In this document: piece after piece, positions 40,402-64,000 of the stretch
How the letters are laid out: every line of letters begins with the position of its first letter
Numbering within the stretch: the stretch's first letter is position 1
NCBI GenBank assembly: GCA_030141605.1
Contig: JAQGDQ010000599.1
Location: forward strand, 1 to 64,000
Direction: 5' to 3'
Length of the DNA: 64,000 nt
From: Tubiluchus corallicola
Lineage: Eukaryota; Animalia; Priapulida
Position numbers and translations under genes: made by a program
The notes under the pieces: model-generated
What the model was told of the DNA's origin: nothing
Databases searched by the model: none
Seen by the model: only the letters and a program-made list of their open reading frames with translations

Positions 40402-40446
40402 ATGATTGTTAAAATGTTCCATTGTATCGGCAAGAGACGACGAGAG
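40402..40446 (+). CDS. Candidate ankyrin alternative first coding exon ((MIVK)MFHCIGKRRRE)
   Basis: ATG at 40402 or aaaATG at 40414 after an in-frame TAA; GAG|GTAAGG phase-0 donor; ACTTTTCAG acceptor ending at 40394; CCAAT and CACGTG motifs just downstream. Confidence 0.5.
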
Positions 40447-41363
40447 GTAAGGCGCTGCTCTGACATATCTAACATGTACGCTGATTGGCCAATAGGCGGT
40501 CACGTGATTGTGTTTCGTGCTTTGCGTTCTGTGGTGTTATTGGTTTGTCGCAGACGAATTTTCTGACCATTATCTTATGTGTGACCCATAGTTTCCATGT
40601 TACTGTCATTTCGTAGAAGGCACTTTGGTGAAATGTTAAATGTTGGCGCTAAAAGCAAAAATTAGATAAAAGTTACAGCTGTTCATCCCCTGTTTATAAA
40701 TCAGAAAGAGTACTGATAATTACAGATAATTATTTAGCGAATCTACAGCACATTATCACATAAATAAATGTTCGTTTATTTTTATGTTATTTTTGTCACC
40801 TGTTACGTTCTCTCTCTGTCTTTCCCGTTTATCTTCCTCCTCTCTCTTTGTCATTCTCTCTTTCCTCCCTTTCTCCTTCTGTTTTTGAATTTCTCTTTCT
40901 CTCTGCCCCTTTTCTTTTGCCTCCACGTTTTGTTTCCCGTTGTTCCTTGTTCTCCCTCCCCCTCCTATTGTAGGTACTTCCTAATCACCAGAGACACCAG
41001 GCCCTATACATGCGTCTTCCATTACATATTTATAATCAATTGATTAGCAGGATGAGAAACTGGACTAACGTGCACGCACAGCTTGGCTTCACAACAAATA
41101 TATCATGCGAACAGCGCTGTTCATTGTTAAACGTGTCTGGCTTCCAGAGATAATAATCATTGTTATCGTCTTAACTCATTTTCTGCCATTCTAACTAGCT
41201 TGCAAATTAGTTTAAAGCTCAGTCTTCATTTGTAAGAAGATAATGCCTTGAGTTTGAACGTTTCGTTTTGCTGACATCGATCGCGCGCGGCAGGCCGGTG
41301 CGAAATCGCACGGCGTTTGTTTAGTTTAAACGTTCTTGCCGTTGCTTGACAGAAGTTTACCTG

Positions 41364-41396
41364 ATGGAGGCTAATGGTTACAGCTACAAGAATATG
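41364..41396 (+). CDS. Candidate ankyrin proximal first coding exon (MEANGYSYKNM)
   Basis: 11 codons with an ATG|GTATGT phase-0 donor, directly after a CpG-dense patch (41275-41342) and followed by an abrupt switch to T-rich intron-like DNA. Confidence 0.5.
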
Positions 41397-42480
41397 GTAT
41401 GTAAAGTATAAACTGATGAATTTGGCATAGATTTTGATTTCTATCGGTTAACTGTTGTTTTACAAAAGTGAAAAGTTACTTTATGGCGCATTTCGTACAG
41501 TTAATTATATTATGTTGAAAAAGTTGTTAGTGTTAATTAACTTCATGTTATACTATGACTAAAATGAAGGTGTGGATGCTTGACCCACAATTTATTTTTT
41601 TGCGCGGAGAAATATATTTTAAAATTTTGCGAAGTTTATGTTGATACATCGCTTCTTTTTTCTTTTAAAAATTGTTACGAAATATGCGCTGTAAGTAACT
41701 TTGTGGATGTGTTTTCACAATTACTGTTACACATTTTACTTCTGTATTTGCTGGGTTGAAATATGGAAATTAATATAAAAAGCACGTCATTTTTTCAAAA
41801 GTTTGCAAATGCAGCATATATAGGTTTGATTTTTCATTTGAGTACGGTTTGCGTGACTGATATGCTTTTAGATATTTACAGTTTTTGTTCTAGTTACAAA
41901 TAAAAGAAATTACCAGTGTTATATTGTGAACGCTAAGCTTAGTGAGATGTGTTATAGTTCATTTTACTACTAAACGTTTTTGATAGCAAGTTCAAGTTCT
42001 TATTTCTTCCCTTTTTTGCATTTAATGATTTCAGAATTTTTCGCCGCATTTGAATCTTGCTGTTACCATTTGGCGTTGTACATTGGAAAAAAGTTAAAAA
42101 AAGAGTGAAAGAAATTACCAATGTTGCAGTCATCATCATCATCATTACCAGTTCTCTGTCTTGAACAATGTTCGCGCCGTCCTCCGTTCGCGGCTTAGCA
42201 TCTATTTTGACCATCAGAATTTTAGTCTGACTTACCGGTCTTTTAAAACTATCTTTCGTAAAAAAGTTTCGTGGTAAACCATTTGGCGCTGAGCTCAAGA
42301 GAAATAAATTTTGGTTCTTGGAGTTTAATGAACAGACTTTTCAATTAACAACCTATGGAGCTTCGGCTTACACAATTTTTGGGGTTAAAACGAATTGAAG
42401 TTACTTTATTCTGACGTGCAGTTTCTGACAGGAATGTACTATAGGATATAATTATATGCAACAATGTATGTAATGCACAG

Positions 42481-42628
42481 TCATCACCATCATCATCATC
42501 ATAATCACCATCTTCTTGTTTGTCGTCGTCGTCGTCATCATGATCATCATCATCATCATGATCATCGTCATCATCATCGTCGTCGTTGTCGTCGTCATGA
42601 TTATGATCATGATCATCATCATCATATC
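42481..42628. repeat. Degenerate (CAT/CGT)n microsatellite
   Basis: Trinucleotide tract; similar tracts lie at 12850-12975, 36085-36300 and 61892-61985. Confidence 0.9.
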
Positions 42629-43200
42629 ATTAGTCGTGTCTTTGATATGTACACATTTAAAAAGTTTCCGATTACCAATTGATACTAACTGCTATTGACC
42701 AGTATGCTTTGAAATAGCTAAGAGAGAAGAACTGACCACAATTTAGAATAAGATAGAATAAAATAGCGTAGAATAGAGAATGGAGCATAGAATAGAGTAG
42801 AATAGAACGGATAGCTAGGCCTGACGTCTGGTTAGTTTATCACTTTGATGCTCAAGTGGGTTTTATATTTGAACATCGTTATTAGACCCAGACGTGATAA
42901 ATGTATGCAGCGCGTTAATAATTGCTTGTTTCTGGGTCACTTCATCATCATCATTATTGCGTTGAGGCTTAACGTGTGTTAGGTTATTGCTTTAAACATG
43001 GTTATTGACTTGCAGAACACAGATCGCAGGTGTTGTCGTGACGTTGTACAGCATAAGAATCCGTCTCGCTCAATAACTGATCAGCACAACGCCGTCTGGC
43101 TTCTTTTAAAGCTTAAATATTCTTCTGTGTCCTCTCTTGCCGAGAGTTGGGCTATTGTCCTTCGTGTTGTTTGTCGACGGTCGTGAAAGTAATAAGAATG

Positions 43201-43770
43201 AAGGCAGTATTAGCCATTAGAAGGCGGTATTAGCCGTTAGAATCAGTACTAGCCATTATAAGGCAGTATTAGCTGTTAGAAGACAGTATTAGCCATTATA
43301 AGGCAGTATTAGCCGTTAGAAGACAGTATTAGCCATTATAAGGCGTTATTAGCCGTTAGAAGACAGTATTGGCCATTATAAGGCGGTATTAGCCGTTAGA
43401 AAACAGTGCTAGCCATTATAAGGCAGTATTAGCCGTTAGAAGACAGTACTAGCCATTATAAGGCAGTATTAGCCGTTAGAAAACAGTACTAGCCATTATA
43501 AGGCAGTATTAGCCGTTAGAAAACAGTACTAGCCATTATAAGGCAGTATTAGCCGTTAGAAGACAGTATTAGCTGTTATAAGGCAGTATTAGCCGTTAGA
43601 AGACAGTATTAGCCATTATAAGGCAGTATTAGCCGTTAGAAGACAGTATTAGCCGTTAGAAGACAGTATTAGCCATTAGAAGACAGTATTAGCCGTTAGA
43701 AGACAGTATTAGCCGTTAGAAGGCAGTATTAGCCGTTAGAAGACAGTATTAGCCATTATAAGGCAGTATT
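43201..43770. repeat. 20-bp minisatellite (about 28 copies) with an alternating 40-bp dimer
   Basis: AGGCAGTATTAGCCGTTAGA / AGACAGTATTAGCCATTATA alternate through the centre of the array. Confidence 0.97.
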
Positions 43771-46764
43771 GATAGCACTGAGACCGTAACAGATAAAAAA
43801 TTGGACAAACTTTATCCATTGGCTGTTCCAGAAGATCGCTTTACGTTAACGTTAGAGATACGCCGAATATTAAAACCCGAATTTTGCACACAGCTTACAA
43901 ACGGGGGACCCGCCTTACTGAGGCGATAGATCTGTTGCAAACGTACCTCTTCATAAACCTAGTTTATACTTGCTAGGATAAATCCGCAATGTTTTGGTGA
44001 AACTCATTAAGTCGGCTACACTGCGATCATTTCTTGCTGACGATTGTAAAGGAAAGTAGAGGTCATTATACACAAAATGTTGTTTAGTTCATTCAGAAGG
44101 ACACGAAATTTGCTGTGTACGAGAATGTTCTTTATGGGTTCTTTGAAATTACACTTTTAGTCTACTGCATTGTTATCTTTAGAAGTAATGTTAGTCCAGT
44201 TCTCTATAATTCGCGGAGTATCGGCTTTGGAATGACGCAAGTTTTCCCCATGCTGTTATTGATCATTTACCAGACAGTACAGTGGTTTCCATTGCATTGT
44301 ATTGATCCAGTCGAGTTCGAAATAGCTGGGTAAATGGATAGAAGTCTGTATAGATTTTACATTGCCCCAGATTCTGCCGTGCTTCCTTTATTGTCGTACA
44401 TCTCCTCTTCTGACTCAATGAAACAGAAGCAGTAAGGCCATTTATGTCGTCTACCTACTATTTAACGATCTGGTGAATTGTGTTCTTAGCGAACTGCCTT
44501 AAGAACAGCAGCTGCTTTTATGTACCAAGCACACTTTAGCGAGGACTGTAGGCACACTTTTAGCAAGTCAAGATGCATAACAGTTAGAGACAGATTCTGT
44601 TCATAACGTCTTAACAGGAACATTAGCTCACAATTGCCCAAACAACACAGATCACTCTTGAAAGAAATCGGAAGTTGTCGAGCTTGAATCTGAATCAGGA
44701 ATTTTGGATTTTCGTTATATTATTCTCAAGTAAGCACTATATTAGGAAGCCTTGACTGAAGCTCAAATTTAAAGGTCCTGAATTCCACTAAGTTGCCCGA
44801 CCCCTGTAATATTCTATGTCTGTTGAACTCCGTTCACAGTAGGTGTATTTTTCTGTATTTTGTAATTTCTGCCATTTGGCGTTTTTAACTGCTTACTTAC
44901 TGCTTATTTAAATAAATTGCTTACTTTTTTTATTTTTTAGCGTGCAATTACTGTTTAAATTCAAGGTCACCTTCTAGCAACAACCATTTCAGTACAAAAT
45001 CTAATCAAATTTGCCTTACCAGTGACTCCATTCAAGTCTAGTCCAATCCACTTATCTAAAAATTACTTAAATTTCAAGAAACCCAGCTATAGCTTAAAAT
45101 CAGTCAGTCAATGTCCAAAAATCCAAGCATACCTGATCACACTGAAGAAGCAACTCCAGATCTAAAGCCATGAACAAAACCCGTGACTAAAACCTCTAGA
45201 ATACTTTCATTACTCAAAAATTCCTATGTTACCAAGTACTGTTACTTTATAACAGAGGAATCGGAAGAGGTGCACTATTCCAAGTTCCTTAAGTTTATTT
45301 TTTCTGACTGTCACAGATAAAGAACGGCTAAATGTCCAAAAAGAGTAATTATGGCATCATTTTTTTTCAATTTGTTGGAGAACTTCTGAGATTACTTGTG
45401 TTACAAACCAATTGTGGATAATTGGTTTATTGAATATTGAGCAATATTAAAGTTATGTGAGCACAAATACTGAGCAGTGTTTAAGTCATTTCACTTTCAA
45501 GCCGTATAGAATGGTTGCCAATGACGCCGATAATTAGGGTATCGTGGATTCCTGACATTTTATGCTGTGTCAGATATTCAGTGTATTATGTATGCATTAG
45601 TATTTCTTTGTTATTATCCATCCCCCTTGTTATATTACAATTTTGGTTTTTTGAAATGGCTTACATTCAGTGAGTCACTTATGAAGAATGTCTTGTGCAG
45701 GGCACCAATTTATAACTGTTACTGTACACAGGTATCGAATTTTTATTAGAACAAGTTTATTGAAACTACGTAATTGTCCGAAGTTTGTTACACAATTCGG
45801 TATTGTTATCAAACTGGAATTTCACTATATCGCCTCTGGGCAGCAAGAGCGTTTAAATTATTACGTCTCTACTTCTTCACTCTTCTGGACTTCTGCCTCA
45901 CGAGCTCACCCATGTTTTAACGGAACTGTACTGTGCACACACCGAGAATAATTTTCACAAGGTGTCCTTAGGTCTGTTTTATATTTTATTTTTAATTAAT
46001 ACATCACTGTAGAGCTGCTGCAAGTTTCGTTCTCCGGCCAGGGATCTTATCACGTGTGGTCGTGAATGATGAAATACGTGCTCACTTTCGATACTGTGAT
46101 ATCGATGGCTATAATATCGCAGCAGTGCAGAAGAGAAAAATGCGCTGCAGCGTTACTGCAGTTACTGCAATTCTATAAAATTTTGTAGAAGAGTGTTTTA
46201 GTGTTATCACTGGTATTCATTTCACAATAAAATAATAGTAGAATTAGCTGTATTCTCGGTAGCAGCGCTGTTATTAGGGCATGCTAAGTTTCACTTCATT
46301 AAAAAAATGAGCTAGTGCTTCTCAGTTTGCGAGATCATGTTAAATTCAGATTTACTTTATTCTTGGACACCGTACTTTCATTTTTCGTCTTTCTTATTTG
46401 ATGTTTTCATTTTTAATTCTTCATCAGCTTGCTTTCGCTTAATCATACATATTATGTATTCAATATATTTAGCTGTGTTTTGCAGTATGTGTGTCATTGC
46501 TACATGTAATTATAAATATAATTATCTGCCGACGCTATAGTCACTATCAAATGCATTTTGCTGTGTTGTGCTTTGTTAGTGTTTCCATGTGGGTAATGGT
46601 AGCTTGTGCATGGTTAAGTCTGGAGCCAGTGTCTATTCCTGTTGACACAACCAATGTCTACTCCTGCTGACACAACTCTTGTACACTGTTGACAGAGGAA
46701 ATGTTTCCCAAAACAAAAGGTCTAATTGAATAGGAAATTGTATATACTTGGTGCTGGCAACACC

Positions 46765-46903
46765 GATCTTAGCGCATTTTCTAACAAATTTTCAGTAAAG
46801 TATTATATGTCACGCGTGCATTCGGTGTTTTTAGATCTTAGAGCATTTTCTAACAAATTTTCAGCAAAGTATTTTATGTCACGCATGCATTCGGTGTTTT
46901 TAG
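46765..46903. repeat. About 69-bp tandem duplication
   Basis: GATCTTAG(C/A)GCATTTTCTAACAAATTTTCAG...GCATTCGGTGTTTTTAG occurs twice. Confidence 0.85.
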
Positions 46904-47650
46904 TTATTGGCCCTTGTCATTTCTGACGTCAGTGGAAGCATGACTTCAAATCACACAATTATCCAACCCGATGGTGACTACTTCTGCGCTGTAACACAAC
47001 AATATTGGTACCCATTTTGCCTTAGATTTTGAATGATTTATCATATTCAGTAATAGAAGTCACTGCTACTCACCATGATAGTCTTCAAAGCTGCTCTTTG
47101 CCATCTCTTACTTAGATTCATGTTATATTCATGAATAAGGTAGTTAGATTCTGGTCCTGCTACAATCGTCTACTGCTGAATTATATCTTTCTGTGTGCCA
47201 AACTGTATGAAGAATCTGGCAAGAAAAAAAGAGTAATGTAGCACAATTCAGAATGCAAAACCTTACAATGATTAAGTTGGCTTTGTATTATTGACATTTT
47301 GTTGTTGTGCAAATGTTCAGTTCTGTACATGCTGTTTCTAGGATGGTCAGCCAATTGTTCCTTGCCTCGCTTTTCATGCTGACGGTAGCTATCACAGCAA
47401 TTATGGTTTAAGATATTTGTTTAGATCTCCATGCCTGTTTGTGTAGCATTTATACAAGGAAATCTGTTTCACACTACTAAGTGCATTACACATGAGGCAG
47501 GCTGCAAGACTTAATGTAAACTGTTTATTAGTTTTGACATATGTTCTGCATTGGATTATAACCACAAACTGCTGGGCTGAATTCTTCCACAGATTGCTTG
47601 GTCTTATGATTGCCCAGCGGCCGCTGACAAGTGCTTATCCATTGAGTACA

Positions 47651-48140
47651 TAGAATTTAGAATTTATTATTGGCATATACATTACGTTACAATGACATAC
47701 ATACAACAAAACAACAACAGAATACGAACGTACAAAAAAGAGCTATTACATTATAGCTGTACTAGCGAAAAAAACACACAACAAATATGTGTAATTTTAG
47801 CACAGATATAGTTAACGTATCATGAAAAAGATAATAAATAATATTATCAATATTTACTTGTCAGTATTATTTACTCCTTTTTTTAAACACTAAAAATGTA
47901 ATGGGTGACTATTTTGGTTATATCGCAGTCGTTACCCCTCATTGCGAATTTTAGCTTTTCGCTATTATCCAAGTTAATGAAATTGCTATTGATGCCTGTT
48001 ATATCAGGATAAAAAGTTTGTCTTAACGGGTTGTAGAAGGAGCAATGAAATACAAAATCAATTTCGTCTTCTGCTTGTTGGTTACATTTAATATTGCTAA
48101 CTAAACTTTCTTTTTTCCCTGGTGGCATAGGATAAGACTG
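47651..48140 (-). mobile_element. 5'-truncated non-LTR retrotransposon 3' end
   Basis: ORF 47883-48128 contains C...EDEIDFVFHCSFYNPLR, matching the EDExHFxxxCxxYxxLR motif at LINE ORF2 C-termini; followed by a T-rich UTR, AATAAA and an (ATTCTAA) tail. Confidence 0.7.
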
Positions 48141-48961
48141 GTCATGCGACTGAAGATTTTAGAAATAGGATTCATTTTATCAAGTTCGGGCATGAAAATC
48201 AATGATAGTTGAAATCAGTTAGATACAGTCTGATGTTCAGCACTTGCTTGATACGACTACTTGTTATATTGGCAGGACAAGAATCTATTTCATTAAGGAT
48301 GTTCCTCTAGAATGAGATACTGAACTGGCAGAGAACTGCATCTCTACTCAATGACGAAAACAGTCAAGAAGTGATTTCCTGAAACTTCTGTTAAGATTTT
48401 AATGAAGTTTTTGTTTACATTCTCAGTTCATTAAAACTCTGGGCGGGTAGATATTTGCTCTCATGGTGTGTTTATGTATTTTGAGCGATGTTGTTTTAGA
48501 ATTGCGCTTAATGCTGAATGTTGTAATGAAGTCAAGAGCAGTGGGTCTTGTTACCACCATCACATATGTTTCTTCTGTAAACTCAATTTACTCTTATAAA
48601 AACACTATCAGCGATTTTGTTTAAAAAATCGGATTTTATCTGTATTCGCTCTCCTCACAATTTGCTACAAATGTCTAGCCTGTTAAAACAGGTGGTTTGT
48701 AGTTTCGATTTGTAATGTTAAAAAAGAATGGTTTGAATTGAATTGCGCACTTCGGATAAGTTTTCATTAATGGTTTTTAGCATCATTTCAGTTTCAGTTG
48801 TTGTCTGAAAGAGTTGTAATTATTTAATTGACACAGAGAAAATCTGATGTTCTCTATTCCAGTCTAGGAATTTAACCCATGTTTCTGAGATTGTAACAAC
48901 TGTTTTTACCTTTGAATTTTTAAAGGACAGTATCACATATGTATTTATCTTTGTTCTACAG

Positions 48962-64000
<15,039 letters not shown>

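Noticed and set aside
17368-43770. CRISPR arrays in the 61-, 60-, 85- and 20-bp repeats
   Set aside because: Head-to-tail units without unique spacers, in eukaryotic DNA with no cas genes.

Overview
AT-rich, intron-containing animal (invertebrate bilaterian) genomic DNA, not prokaryotic; almost all entries in the supplied ORF track are spurious. The main gene is a canonical ankyrin (ANK1/2/3, Drosophila Ank2, C. elegans unc-44 family) on the + strand. It has 12 phase-0 exons from 48962 to the window end, encoding ANK repeats 1-19 (the last partial). About 34 kb upstream carry several short ATG-to-phase-0-donor segments that look like alternative first exons (14536, 30768, 36801, 40402, 41364), interspersed with RFX X-box-like motifs. 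Head-to-head on the - strand is the 5' end of an unidentified gene with two apparent alternative first coding exons (9317 and 3480), both ending in an acidic tract and a phase-1 donor. The non-coding DNA holds a 5S-rRNA-headed SINE, a recent A-B-A...B duplication, tRNA-derived SINEs, several MITE families, LINE remnants and many mini/microsatellites. All calls were read by eye from the sequence; family assignments are from memory and need database confirmation.
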